From positions 67,146,001 to 67,210,000 of the forward strand of contig CM060731.1 of the NCBI GenBank assembly GCA_030704615.1: DNA of 64,000 nucleotides, written 5' to 3'. The notes under the pieces are model-generated. The model saw only the letters and a program-made list of their open reading frames with translations. It had not been told where the DNA came from and searched no databases. The translations under genes were made by a program, and so were the position numbers. The stretch is from Takakia lepidozioides. Lineage: Eukaryota; Plantae; Bryophyta. Shown piece after piece: positions 37,556-52,500 of the stretch. The stretch's first letter is position 1. The number at the start of each line of letters is the position of its first letter.

Positions 37556-40500
37556 ATGTCGCGCCAGTCTTCAGCCACGCGCGTTCCAAAACCAAAGGTT
37601 TTGAATGGCAGATATGTAAGCCATTCTGACAACCCGTATGTTCTACGAGAGGGTAATACCTCAATGACATGTCATTATCCTAAATTTCTTCAACCCCTAT
37701 GAAAGAGTTTATATCCAGGATTTGCCCCACTCAAACTGAATAATGTGCGTAATGTAAGCGCAGAGAGTAGTCTTAGGAAGTCATCTGAATGGCTCTGTTT
37801 GCGGCTGCCAAATGTCCTGGCCATTTTTGCTACTAATGTGGTAGTGGGGGAGTCAATCAGTTCATGCAATTCTATCGGTAGAGGGTTATCCAGTGGAGTC
37901 AAATGAACGCCATTTTCAGTGGCGAGCTGGATTGCATTATCTCCAGCATCCTGCAGCACCGGAATTGTTCATGAAGTGGCCTTTGATTAACGGCCAAGAG
38001 AGAGAGATGAGAGCATGAGTGCATTCTCTCTCTCTCTTGTCATGCAGCTGGCGCACGAATAATTTTGGTTTTGTCAGAAGTAGCTGGGCTTCTGGTAGTT
38101 ATTGCTGGAGGGTCAGACCAAGTGCCCCTTGGCCCCAGCCTTCCTTCTCCTACTTCAGGTACCAGAGAACACATGTGTTTACTGTGTCCACTATCTGCAA
38201 AAGGTCCATCTGAACTGACCTTTAAAAGCCTTGGCAGGAATGCAAGTTGCTGGTTAACTTCCCTGGGCATTAGACCGTAGATTTGCAATCAACCATTTTC
38301 TTGACATCCACAACTTTCTTGAACAACAGACTCGTTTCCCCATGAGGGTGAAGGATTACGAGTGAACACTAGAGGGTGATGGCTTACATGTATATGCCAT
38401 GTAAGACTTAATTATCCTGAAAATGAGCCTAGTTGCTCAAAGCTACAGAAATGAAATGACTGAATTTGTACCCTTACAGAGTGTGCTCCATATGGTGTTA
38501 CTTTAAAACCCTAAGAAGATGTATCGAAGGGAAATAGTGACAACTAAAAGATTCTTTTGGCAGCATGCCTGGCAATGTGGTTGGAAAAGGGATTCACTTC
38601 TTGTATGGTTGTAAGTCTGCAAAAGCTGACTGAGGGTATCGGTGGGCAGAGGTTTGGGGATGAGATAGGAAAGGGTGCCCATGGGCATGTGTTCGAATGT
38701 TTGGACTTGGAAAATGGGAACGTCGTGGCGGTCAAGCAGGTATCCCTGGAGAACATTCTCTCGGTGGATCTTGCGGGTATTATGGTTCGTACCTCCTCCC
38801 GGCCCTTCCAGCCCTTAATGCTTCTTCTTTTCCGTGTGATGGGAATGAGAGGAGGCAGCAAGTAGTTGATGGACAAGTAATACCTTGAGAAGAAGGACAA
38901 AGGAGGAGGCGGGAAAGCTAATCTGTTCTCCTTTATGTCCACTGCAAGTGTTCTATTGGCAAGGGTCAAAGCATTTACATGACAGCCCTAAGACGTAACT
39001 CACGCCCATAGTCACTTACATGCAGTCTACTTGCCTTGCAACTAGCTGTGACCCATATTGTACCAGGGACAAGACTCAGATGTCGGCCTTTGTCCAGATG
39101 TTACTAAGCCATCCAGTGGTAGACCTAACATCTGGTTTATGTGGGTTGTGTGGGTGTGGAATATACAGTCAGAGATTGATCTTTTGAAGGTAGACTTCCT
39201 CTCCTTAGCAACTGCTTTGTTCATTGCAAACATTTAAGTACATTGTCCATTTCGTAACTCAGCTGTTGGGGTGTTCGCATGACTGTGTATTTCTGCTTAG
39301 AACACAATCTCTCCCATCTTCAAATAACCTCAGAGATTAAGTCTACTTTCAGACTACGTAGTAATTTAACTGGGTATGCACAGGGGAAGCATTGTGATGC
39401 AAGGATTACTAATTGATCCAGGTTAATAATCTCACCATTGCGATCTCAAGAATAAATAGAGATATGAAAGCCAGTGATAAAGAAAAGCCATGAGGACCAT
39501 TTGGAGTCAAGAATGGTGCTACTTGGTATCTATTCCTTAATACCCTAAGGGTGGATTGCAAATCATCATCAGATCATAGAAAGATGCTGCTTGTTGAGAA
39601 GCAGCTTCCACCTGAAGCTCTGGGTCAAAGTGACTTAGGGGTGTCACTTGGTTACTGAAATCCTTACTTAATATCCTAGGCCATGAGTGCTCTGCTGCAG
39701 TCAAATTTGTAACTTTAACCACTGAAGAGTTTTAATTGGGTGTGGGTATGGCGTACAGAATTTGAACCATAAACATATTGTGAAGTACCATGGCTCCTGC
39801 ACGACCAAAACACATCTTTATATTATCCTTGAGTAAGTGCTCTCACCATCTCCCATCCTAATATGCAGGCTCAACATCAGACATCTACCTAAGAACAGAA
39901 TTTTGAAGCTGCTTAAGTGGTCACTACTGTTGCACTCTATCCCGCTTCAATAGGAGTGAGTGGCAGCACTGTGTATATATGATAGAGGGGGAGAATATGG
40001 TGGTGGCAGGTATGTGGAGAATGGGTCACTGGCCAACATGATCAAGCCAAACAAGTTTGGGGCACTTCCAGAGCACATTGCGGGATCTTACATTTCCCAG
40101 GTTCGTTTTGTAAACCTTCAATTTTTTATGGAAGTTTATCCATTGGCAGTGGAAAGGCTACATATGAGACCAAGCCCCAATAATCAAATAGTGAATTAAG
40201 CTTGGATTTTTTTTTCGGAGTTTAGGAACCTTTCTCTCAGCTATGCCTGTCTGCTGGCCACACAATAAGTTTTTCTCTAAAGCTTGTTGCAGCAAAACAG
40301 TTTGTGATTCTCCATATGTCGAAGATATAACAACTTTGGTGGTTTTTCCTGTACTTCATTTCCATAGACAAGTAGCGGTTTGAAGTTCAGAAGGAGAAGA
40401 TAGATTTGGGGGAATGTTATGTATCTTTCTCATGCTCATTGTCAGCGAGCGTATCTAGCACGTCCACCTTCTAGATCTTCAACTGAAAATTCCAGGGGGG

Positions 40501-43500
40501 ATGTCCTTGTTCCCCCAATGTTTCGAACACTTTAGACGTGTTAGATGTGAAGGAATGCTGAGGTACTAGGTCCAAGTGTCAGCTACTTGCTAGTATCAAA
40601 ATTTGACATGGCCTGTCCTGCTGGTATGGAAATTTTGCTCAATAATTTCCTTGTGCTGTGTGAAAGATAATTCCCTGCAGACTTTCCTTAACCCCAGTTT
40701 TTGGAAATCATCTTGTACTTTTCGTACGTGTACCCCAGCAAATATGAAATTGGTTTTGTGTCATGCAGAGACATACAGAGTGTTTTATTTCGTTACAACT
40801 TCCAAACATAACAATGGTTACCATAGGAAACAAAATTGATCATGTTATCTTGACACAAAGTTGAGCTAGATGGCAAATAGAGACAGTCTTTTCCTTACTA
40901 TTATGGTACTAAACTCTTTAACTGTATAAGCAGGTCTTGGAAGGATTGGTTTACTTGCACGAACAGGGTGTCATCCACCGCGATATCAAGGGTGCCAACA
41001 TTCTCACAACCAAAGAGGTACGATGTATTACACAAGAGCTCCATTTCAAATTCTCTTGTCCAAAAGACGAACTTTTTGAACGGTGCCTGATCATAAGATC
41101 ACGCAAACAAACCACCTTAATATTACGCTGAACGGTGCCCGAGAGGGAAGAGTTGAGGTCTGGTTTGACTGTGGAATATGAATATTTGTGTGTGGGTCTG
41201 TGTGAAACAGGGGCTTGTGAAATTGGCAGATTTTGGAGTTGCAACGAAGCTGACAGAGTCTACTATAACCAATCATTCTGTTATGGGCACACCTTACTGG
41301 ATGGCTCCAGAGGTTGGTAACTGTCTCTTTCTTCCCTCTTGGTTCTTTGGTCTGTTTCCATGGAAGGGCAAAGTTAGGCATGATTAAAGCTTGTGTTAAG
41401 CACTTATATGTGGTTTGCCTGGAGGCTTGGGTCTCATTGCTAATGATATAAAGGCGAGGGAGAGAAATTATAAACTCATTTTTCGCACTTCTCTGGCCTG
41501 TACTACGTTTGGACACAGAAGAAAAGGGCTGGAAGAGAGAGGAGGTAGTCAAAGGAGAGCAGAATGGGGGCCAAAGCAGAAGGCCCTCACTCCATTAGTT
41601 GGTCTTACCTTTAAATATGAATTCGAATCCTGTACAGAAGAATAGACATTGTACTTGATCAGAAAATGTACTCATTCCCACTGTTGGGTTGCACGGCCTT
41701 GCTTTTCCCTGGCTGGATTAACTTACTGTAGGGACACGGTCAGCCTACATTTGGTTTTGAGTTCAGCCGTGTGTCCAGCATGGGAAGACCTGCTAGGTAG
41801 TAGGTGAGCCCCTCTAACCCACAGTGGATCTGTACCAGGCCTTAGCTCGCTCACTTTAGAGGACCATATTGTCGTTGACCTTGCGCATGTTGGCTTCATC
41901 CTCCTCAATCAACCTCTCCAGGAGGTCAGGGAGAGAAGGGAAATAAAAGAGGGGCCAACCACAGGCAGCCTGAAAACAACTATTGCTCAAGGGAGAGAAA
42001 GAGAAAGAGAGGGTAGAAGAAATGTTTTATTACATCCATGCCCATAGGGCATATTGGACACAGTTGAACTCATTAGAAAACCAAAGCGTGTCGAATCACT
42101 CCAAAGATTGCAAAGGGACAATGTGCCCCAAGCAAGTGAGCTCTGAAAATAAGAAGTGTTATTTGAGAGGTTCTTAGTAGCAAGGTGGTGGTGGCATTCA
42201 CAGGTAATCGAAATGTCAGGAGTCACTGCATCCTCGGATATATGGAGTGTTGGGTGCACTGTAATAGAGCTGCTGACATGTGTACCACCCTATTATAATC
42301 TACAGCCTTTGACCGCATTGTTTCGTATTGTCCAGGTATGTGTACCTTTTGCATTTACATATTTTTGTCTCGCATCCACCGATGAGATTGCACTTTGGAG
42401 ATGTTTTCTAGTAAATATTCCATACCATACCAGATGCTTAAGAACATAAAAGAATGGGCAGGGGCTCCCAGGATCTATCGTCAAATGAATGATCACTTGA
42501 CCACTGCAGTCAATGGCCAAATGGCCTGCCTCCCTGTTTTTATGGAGTTTTATAGACTGCTGGTGGTGTTGTTCAAGTTGAATGGTGTGAGATCGTCATT
42601 CTTGTTTAGCCCTGTAGATGTTGCCTTTGTCGAATCATTCTTTCCTTAGCTTCCCTGCTGGAGAAGTGGAGGAACAACACTAGCTTGGCATTTAGTTCAG
42701 CCCTCCCTCCCAGCTTTCTTCATCCTCACAGGTTGAGTGAATGGCAAGAGGCTACAGTGTATCTGCCAGGTCGCCCAGATCCCAGTCACTTGGATGTTCA
42801 ATGTTTTGAAAGTCCTTTGCCATTCTTCCTCCAAGGTTGCCATGAGTGTCCCTCTAGGGAGGCCTGTGCGTGGGAGAAGGCCCCTTTGCCCTTTACCACT
42901 GAAGGCCCGGTAGATATGGCTTCTTTCTTGTGCTCACTCAGATTCTTCTCCAGGGCACCATGCTTCTGGTGCAGGTTCTGTGGTGTTGTTGTTGTATATT
43001 GTCTTTGCGTTTGTGGAATTGGTTAAGACAGGTCTAGTCACTGTCCATCACAAAAGTTTGAGAAGTCATCATAGAACCTGCTCAAGGTGGTATTCTGTCT
43101 TCGTGCATGAGAGTGTCATGGTGGATAGTGTGTACTGCTTGGGGGAGTGGGGAACCAAGAAGGAGGAGGGGCAAGGGAGCAGAGTTAGCCGCAAAAGATG
43201 GTGGGGTTGGGAGGAGACATTCAGTGTCAGCATTGAGGTCCGGCATGGTGGATGAGGGTTCAACCTGCCAACGTTCCACACATTGCTGCTGCCTTGGCAC
43301 CGCCATCGCGGTTGCTGTGCAGGACGGGTGTCAGAGAGAAGAAGCAAGAAGAGAAACTTTATAATGTCCTCAGAGGCCTGCAAGGGCCCATAAGAGAGAT
43401 GTACATTTGAGTGTCTGCTGTACCCTTATGACCATTGAGGCGGCATCCAAGCAAGGAGAGAGAATCTAGTTGTTGGACCTTGTTTGCATCTCCTTGTAGC

Positions 43501-46500
43501 CATGGACTTTGTGTCCTGTCTACATAGACCGAGAAATTAAGAGGAGAAGAAGAGGGAGAATGGAGGTTTTTCTTCTTTTGGCTTACAGCTACTGAACTGT
43601 GGAGGTTGTGGGTGAGGGCAGGATGACCAACCCCCCATACCGGAGAACATGTCGCCTGTGGTCACTGATTTTCTCCACCAGTGTTTCCGGAAGGTGGGGT
43701 CACCCTAAACCCACCTTTTTCTTTGAGAATGCGGTATTCACACTTCATCCACAATCGTGCCACTTTGTTAAGCAATCAGCAAGCAGGGGTGATTCTTCGG
43801 TAAGGGTTGTTGTGGCTCCTGCGATAAAGGTAGAAGTTTGATGGGCTTCTTGTTTGAAAATCAAGTAATTTTCTGTCTATCTTTCTCCTTATGAAGCCGG
43901 CGGCACTGTCCATGTCAAGGTGATCAATCATTCACTTCAGAATGGATTCCGTATTTGCATATAGAATGTTAAGCGTGGGTTGGCCAGTTACACATAAGGT
44001 AGTTTTGCTAATGGCATTCAACCCTCTTCAGGATGCAAATTTACGGCCTGATGCAAAGACTCTGTTGGAGCATCCATGGATTCGTAGCTCAAGGCGTTCA
44101 ACACTAGGGAAAAATGGTTACATCAGGTACCTCACCAGTGTTGAGAATCAATGGTTCACTTGAAAGAACATAGAAACAAATATTTTACTGACTAGTTAGG
44201 CATCATCACAGGTGCTCTCTCTCAGAGCAGACTTCTCTATCTCTCTATGGCGAAGATCTCTCCCATACATATAGTTCTGGACAGCACACCCTCAGTCGTC
44301 TCTTGGCCTCCAAGGCATCTGCGTATTTCTCTGAGTTGACTGTTCATATGCACTCATTGAAGGGTCATTAAATGTTGAATATCTCAACAACCAAGAGGGA
44401 TACAGAGCAATGGATGATTTAAAGTAAACACCTTGGCTTTGGTTCAGCTATGATTTGTTTCTTAGTTGAGATACAACTTTAGTATAAAAAGATAGTGGAC
44501 CGCTGTTTGCTGGATACTGACAAAAGAGGTTATGATATGTTGGCCTTCTCTTACTTCCAGCTCTCTTGTTCATCTTGCATCTTTCCTGCAACACACTTGT
44601 CAGAAATTCTCAATTGGAGTGTCTATGTATAGCTACACAGGAACCTGAATAGAAGCACTGCACCTAGGGGCCGAAAAAGTTGAGAACCCGGTAAAATGTA
44701 ACAGATGGCAAGGGTTTTCAAACATGAGTCTGATAGGTGTTTTGAGGAGGTCTGCTGGTGGATAAGGGGCTGCAGGATGCAAGCTTAGTCCTCATATTTG
44801 CATGGTTGGGGAGGTGTGTGCAGCAACATACCTCCAAACGAGGGGATGGTGGTGAAGAGAAGGATTGAAGGCAATGAAAGGAAGGATTCTTTTGCCCCTT
44901 CAGAGGAGATTCTCATTACAAAGGACCCCTTTGAGTCTTGCTCGGTGAGCCAATCCAACCTGGATGCCTTACTGAAAAGAACGCTTTTTCCCTAATTTTC
45001 TGGCAAGATGTAAGTAAAGTGACTTGTTTGCTTCGAAGTGCAGTTGGGCCATCAAATGAGTTTAGTTATTTGTTGATAACTGGACTTAGAATGTTGCTAC
45101 TTTCTATCATAGTACTGAGGATGTTCTGAGGCCCTCTCTCTCACGGAGAAGATGGCTGACTTGGCAGGTTCATCTAAAGGGTTTCTGATCCAATTTGATC
45201 AGGCCCTGAGGGGACTTCACAATATCAATAGATGACAATATGCTTGGCAGGACGATGACTTGAAGGGTAGCTCACCAACGACAAGTTTCGAGGCGAGTGC
45301 TGCAAGTAGTAGTCAAAGCAACAGTATCGGGCGACGTGTTCGAATTCCCCGTCATGGTGTCTCCCACTTTCATGCCCATAGTGGAGATCCTGATCCAACA
45401 CTGGCCATAGCAAGCCCATCGGATAGACTTGCCTCGACTGATGATTCAGCAACCATTGGAGGCACAATATCGGCACAAGTAGTTAACTCTGCTGAGGGAA
45501 GTCGACAGCAGCCATCAATGGAGCAGTCTCAACATGATATCAGTCAAGTTTGGAGCAGGAATGGAGACCCAGAAAAAAATCAGCAGGTATTCATAGCAGA
45601 GCCAAATAAATTAATGGAAGAAAGTTGTATAATAAAGCATTACAGGTGCTGATAACCGATTTAATAATCCAAAGAGATTCAAACTGAAGCTCTCTGAAAC
45701 CAGTGAAGGTTGGAGTCTAAGTTTGACTTCTTGTTGATTGGGTTCACGTTGGTTTTGGAATGTGTTAGTGAACCCGAACAATCTGTCATTGTATGCAGGT
45801 AGGGACGCCGACCCCCTCTACATCTGTTCGACTTGGTAGATGCAGTGATATGACCACGGATGGATTGTTGGATGATCTCTTTGAGGATCCAATCACTCCA
45901 GCTCAGGAAGCCTCAACACTGGCCCTCGGAGGCCATGGCTTACCCAGCCATGCGGTTAATGTACTAAACACCAATGGCCTTGCAAGGAAGCTCAAGGCAA
46001 AGATGGGTCAAAAGCAGTCAGAAGGAGAGGAAGCCCTGGCGAAAAATAGTGGCAAGGATTTATTTCAATCAGTTATTGACGTGGTCGAGGATGATGAGAT
46101 TGACATGACTGGTTTGGTATGCACCCTTGTGCACCTGTTTGATTTATGAAGGTCAGGATTGAATTATATCAACCATGTCAATGACTGTTGTGTGGAAGAG
46201 ATCTAAACCTTTCTACTGAACGTAACTATTCCCATCATTTCCAAGCTAGCTTCTCTAATTTCAAGAGTTGTTCTTTTGACTTTATTGCAGTTACAACTGT
46301 GTGCTAGACATTGGAGACAATCATCCTAGTGTGTGCAACTCCTGCTATGTTGAGTCAGAGGGAGAACTGGGGTGGGCTGATCAGTGTGGGCGCTGTCTCA
46401 TAGCAGGGGTTTGAGAGCAAGACTGAGAGTACAGACTACTATGCCAAGCAGGTACACGTTCTGCTCTTGGACTTTGGGATCCAACAAGAGTGTCAACAAT

Positions 46501-49500
46501 GAGTGACTCTCGGAGGAATTTTCTTGCCCATCTTGTTTTTTGGATTTAATAGAGCTGCTTCAGATGAAACTATTGCGCCAAATCTTGTATCACTTGTAAG
46601 TGGGTGAGCCTTCAGTGATTTTGTTTGGGGGATTGAAATCCTTTATACTATGCATCATGATCCTCCACCAACATGAATTACAGCTGATTGGTGAGCAGGC
46701 TGAAAATACTGTTGGCTCTGAATATGAAGGAGAAGACAGTAGACATGAAGGATCACAGCTTGCAGTTTAGCCTGGCCGCCTTTACAGTTTAGTCATTGGT
46801 CTTCATCAGTAAATTTATATTTACAGGATTACAAATGAACAATCTGCTTGTGCTGGGAGCAGGCTATTGAGATAACTCGATTGATAGGGCTGCTGAAACC
46901 TGAAGAATCTGAGGAGGTGGTGATTGGGGCATGTCTGAAGCTAGTAGGCATATTTCGAGACTTTCCTGACCAAAAATCACACCTTATCAGTCAACATGGA
47001 GTTATCCCTCTTATGGAAATGCTCGACATCAACAACAATCGAGTAAGATTCTGTGTGGTCTGTCAAAATGCTGAAGTCTAGAATGGTTTCGAGTTCAAAG
47101 CTTTAGCAGCAAGAGAACCTTCTCACCATCGGCTGCTTGAATTGACCTAAACCTTTCTAGGCTATATGAAAATGGTTCTCTAGTCAATGGAATCCGGGGG
47201 ACGAAGTAAGTTGGTCTCACCTGTGCTATTTAATAATCTTCATGAGTGCTGAAAAGTTTGATGAATGATCATCTCAAGCCTAGAGGTTTAGTAATGGTTC
47301 GCCTTTGACCTGCAACAACCATTGTGCACTTCGAGGAGTTCCACAACCACAACAAAAGCCAATATTCTATTTAGAGGGGTTTATCTAGTGCGTTTATTAT
47401 CCTCAAGATGGTAGTTCCAGCATAGGATTGTATTGTCAATACTTAGTGGTTGGGCGGGTTGGGCAGGTGATGCATGCTGTGTTGCAAGTCCTCAATCAAA
47501 TCGTACAAAACAATGTTGAGCTGCAGGAGAATGCATGCCTCATTGGCCTGGTAACTTCTGATTCTACCCATCTCAGGTTTCATCCAGAAAATAAAAACTT
47601 ATAAACTTCTATTTTGCTCACTGTGCTTTTCTTGTCATAGTGATTGTCACATGGGTTTATAAGGGTTTCTTTACCTATTAGAGTTCTTATATATCAGAGG
47701 AGACTGACATGCTCTTGCCGTGCACACTTGTAGTAGCATCATTAATCTTCAGTCACTGGTAAACTTGAGCTGTGAAATGGTCGCAGAGGTCAGAACAATG
47801 AAAGGAGAATTTTGAAAGTATCCTTTGCATCATCTGAAAGAAAGATTTTTTTGGAAGTAAGGATTGATGGTTTGTACTAGCAGGTTCCTATGGTCATGAG
47901 GTTTGCAGGTCCAGACTGCTCCAAAGATATGCGTATGCAGGCTGCCTACTTTATTCAACAGCTGTGTCACTCCAGGTATGCTCTTTCTCAAGCTTCTATT
48001 GAGTCCTGCTGATTGTTCATTTATCCGTCTGCTGTTGCCAGGATCTCCTGCACGTTGGCCTGCATAAGATCTAGGTATATCGAAATGGGAGGGGTTTAAT
48101 CTGGGGTGCTTTCACTTTTCCTCACAAAAATAAAATAAAACAGAGGAACTTTATTCCGTCCACAAGGGGCCCAGGGGCCCCGGGGGACGAAGTAGAACAA
48201 CGAGAGAAAGGAGGAAGAGGTTGAGTGGATAGGGTGAGAGCTCTGAGGGGAGAAAGTATTTCTGTTCCCCTTTGTCCCATCTGGACTAGTGCTGGTATAC
48301 CGTGGGGCTTGCCTCTGTGGGCATGTCAGTTTCATTCCTTTTCTTTGGAGGTGGTTGGTTGGCCAGTAGACCCTGGTTGCTAACCTGTTTGAGTCTTCAC
48401 ATGCTAGATGTCTATTAGGGTGCCAAGGTTTTCACTCACAGAATTCCTCAAGACCTGCAAAGAGATCCGATCCCTACACACAAACACAGCGGAAATATGA
48501 AATCGGCTACAGGACAGCAACAAGAACACAGTAGTGAAGTGTCAGCGAGAAATGGGTCTGGAAATCAAGGAATTTTCATCTTATAATTTCTTTGATCTGA
48601 ATTGAGTGGTAGGGTTGATTGAGTTTCATTGGTAAACTGATGTGTGCTCTCTGTTGCTGCTTGGGTGCAGTGCACTGACTTTACAGATGTTCATTGCATG
48701 CCAAGGCCTGCCTGTCTTAGTGGGATTCTTGGAACCTGATTATGCCAAATATAGGTAGGTGACTGCCTCACCATCCAGCTCATCAGTTGCAGTGCGGTTG
48801 GCTCTCAGATTATTCTTACATTTCCTTGTGATAGTTGTGTGTTTCTGGATATTTTACGCAGGATAATATGGCAAGGGAGTATGTGACACCAGTGTTGGGC
48901 GGGTAAATATCCGGGGATATAACCTGGTGTAGCGGATTTAGGGTCCCGGATGTATACCCGCATGCTAGGGTATATCATAAGGATGTACCCTACATTTACA
49001 CCTACCCTGCATCAACTGTAATCTAATATATATGTAATTATAATATCTGGTATATGTATTTTTATTAAATTGAAATGGGATTTTTAATGATATTTTATTA
49101 ATATATCTTTTTCGAAGGACCTATAATCTGATTATGGCATTGTTGAAAAAATTTATATACCAAAAAAGTAAATCAGTTAGCATTTCACCCGGACCTGGAG
49201 GGTAAGTTAAAGGTCATAAAATCTGTTAACCAGCCCCAGACCCGGATTCAAGAGGCCAACTTCCCCAGACCCAGAGGGTAAGTTAAAACCCGTATACCTG
49301 CCCAATGCTGGTATACACTGGTCTTCTGCACCTCATGGGAATGTCTCAACTTACACTTAACTTTCTTATTGGAAAATTGCATGACCAAAGGTCGAACCAT
49401 ATTGTCATGACGGTGGTGCCATTCGGTTTTCATCTCCTGGCGGCATGCTGCAAATACTGTCTCCCCATGGGTATTCAACAATTACATTTAGTGACTAGTT

Positions 49501-52500
49501 GATTTGCTGAATCTGCCGCTTGGAGCTGTTTGACTAATATATAGCATTTGTTTTTAATGGGATGAGTGCAGGGAGATGGTGCATTTGGGCATTGACGGCA
49601 TGTGGCAAGTGTTTGAGTTGCGCAGCTCAACTCCTAGGAATGATTTCTGTCGTATCTTTGCCAAGAGCGGCGTACTGATCAGGCTGGTTAATACCCTCTA
49701 TAACCTTAATGAGGCCATGCAGGTTGCTGCAGTGGGCTCAGGTGCCCCAAGTTCCACCCCAACAGTTCCTGATAAAGCTGTGCATAAATCAGCAGTTGCC
49801 AGTCAGAGATTTTCTGTCAAGTCACGGTCAGGTCCTCTTGATCATCATCCTCATATAATGCAGAATGAAGCCTCCCGTCCGCATTCTGCTCAGCTTGATC
49901 CACGTTCTTCCCACTTCGAACAGCAGCGGAGTCTGAATGGGCTGGTGGCTGTTGAGGCATCCCGGCTGCAATCGGGCCAGTCTCATAAGGCTTCTGGTCT
50001 CCCAGAGTATTTCCGGCATTTACCCGGCCAGCTGGATCAGCTTTTCCCACATTCTGGACAGGTAGATCCAGCAACGGTGGCAAGCTCGTCTGAGCGCCTC
50101 CGACAACTTCAGGCAGCTGTTGATCCATTCCAGCAAGGTCTTGGGGAAAGTTTGTGGTCTTTGACTCGGGATCTTGGCCGGGGTGAAAGAGACAATGATG
50201 TTCGATCAGAAGGCGAGCAGGCTAAACTTTCACTAGCTGTTGAATCTTGGGCATTTCTTGACCCTTTGCCCCGCATCCTGAATGGACCAGTTGAACAGCG
50301 GGAGCAGGTCAGTATCTCCAGTGTTGTCAGTATCTCCAGTGCCCTGACAGCAGTCATTCCTGATTTGGTAATTTAGTGCTATTGGTATGTTCAAGAATGA
50401 GGATACCCTATAGATTAGCCTAATAGCTTAATTCACCATCTATATTTCAGGAATAACCTGAATTATACATTCACTTGTAGTTTGGACCTATATTGGAGCA
50501 GGCTTCCCCTTTTATTAAACCTACTTGACGAGGAGCTCCCATCAATGCTTGCTTCTGGGCAGGTCGAACATATCCGGCATCTTTCTGACAAAAGTGAGAG
50601 CTCTCTGCCCCTACTGCATCATGCGATTGTCCCCCGGAAAGTGAATGGTGATTATGACTCTGCCATGGTGCCTTCCTCAGGTGCCGGCCCTTCCCTAGCC
50701 TCCACTCATCTTCATGAGGGTGGTGTTTCAGGGTTTGACTTAAATTTTACTTTGGACTGTTGTTGATTGACCAAATTGCTGAGGATCTCATGGATAGTTT
50801 TTTCCATGTTGGTGGTTTTTGTCAAACTTAAGTTGCTCATCCTGAATTGGCAAAGGATTACGAAGATATATTGGCTTTTATGTTGCTGCAGACAATGAAA
50901 AGGAGAAAGGGGCCATTGAGATGGCTCAGGTTCCCTCTTCAAAACTTGGCTGGATTGGGACTCCATCCTCCAAGCTGTCGCCGTCTGCATCAGGAAGAAT
51001 GACCCCTGATGTTTCAGGGGTTCTATTAAACACAGTACGTCCTCTGGTCTGTTTGTTTTGACACATGATCGTCATCTCTCATGCTTGCAGCTTTAAAGTG
51101 TTGGTTGTAATTTGACTGTTGGAAAGCTTTATGCTTCGATTGAGATTAAAGTTAGATGACCATGTGCTTTAAGTATTTGTCTTCTGATGGGTGTGTGTTG
51201 GCCCAGGGCGAACCGGCCACAGCGAATGGTTGGGGCTTAGCTTCTCAGACAGCCTCGGGTGTGCTGTCTGCGTCTGGAGTTCTGAATGTAAGCCCTGGGA
51301 GTGCCACATCATCAGGCATCCTCTCTCATATGCAATCTGCTTTTAATCCTGATGAGGTGCGGGAGTATGTGGCCAAGGTGGCTGACCTGCTGCTGGAGTT
51401 TTCATGTGCTGATGCTACTGTGAAGTCACACATGTGCAACATTAGCCTTTTGATCCGACTCTTCCAGATGCTAAACATATTGGAGCCTCCTATTCTTGTC
51501 AAGGTATTGCAGGTGTCCATATGCTGTGTCCAGGTGTCTGTATATCTGTCTGGAAAATGTACAACACTGCATTGTTTCTTGGGTAAATGGTGTGGATAAA
51601 GTGATTAGCGCCTGTAGAGAGCATATGTGGGGCAAAGGAAAGTTGAAGTGAGGTAAAATCGGCATCTGAAGCTCTAGAGCTGAAGCCTCTGTCAGAAACT
51701 TGCTAGCAAGTACATTATGCTGAAGGGAAGAAGAGCATGGATTTTATTTCTGTGCTATTTGCAAATGAATAGCTGGTAAGCTGTGATAATGGCAGACATT
51801 TTCCATGCTTTTAACCACTGTGAGACCCAGTGCTTTTGGCACATTCACACTCCCTTGTTTCACTATTAGCTGTTATCATGTCAAAGGAGAAAGTAAGGCT
51901 ATTAAGTTGGTAAGAGGAATCAATCCCTTGTGTGATGTATGTTTTGACAAACTGCACCTGGGCATGTGACCACTATTTGATTGAATACCTCACACACCTA
52001 GTGCCAATGGTTTGAAAATATGTCTTGTGTGAAGGTATTGAAGTGCATAAAGGAGCTGTCCACAGACCCCAACACGCTGGACTCCTTGCAGCGTGCAAAT
52101 GCCATGAAACATCTGGTGCCCATTCTGGAGTGCCGCGAGGGACCCTATGTCTCCCAAATACATAATCAGGTAATGCTCCCTCTGATTGTTACTCTAGTTA
52201 ACTGGATTTCTTGATGAGATTTAGATTCTTAGTGGGTGGATCTGTGAAAACCTTGCTTTCTTCCACAAGATGCTCTTTCATGTTCTGTATTTCTCAGTAG
52301 ACTTCATAAAGTTCCTTTCTTCTTTCCTTCTTTTTATGAGATCCAGGGCAGATACTACCATCTCTTCCTACCTTTAGCTGTGACATTCAGTTTTGAGGAC
52401 CAGGATGTTGTTTAATGGCCACTGGGGTCCCCCATGTACAGTATGGAGTTTCATTCTTTCTTTCAGAATCAGGATCCGTATCAGAAATGCTTGGCAGCAT

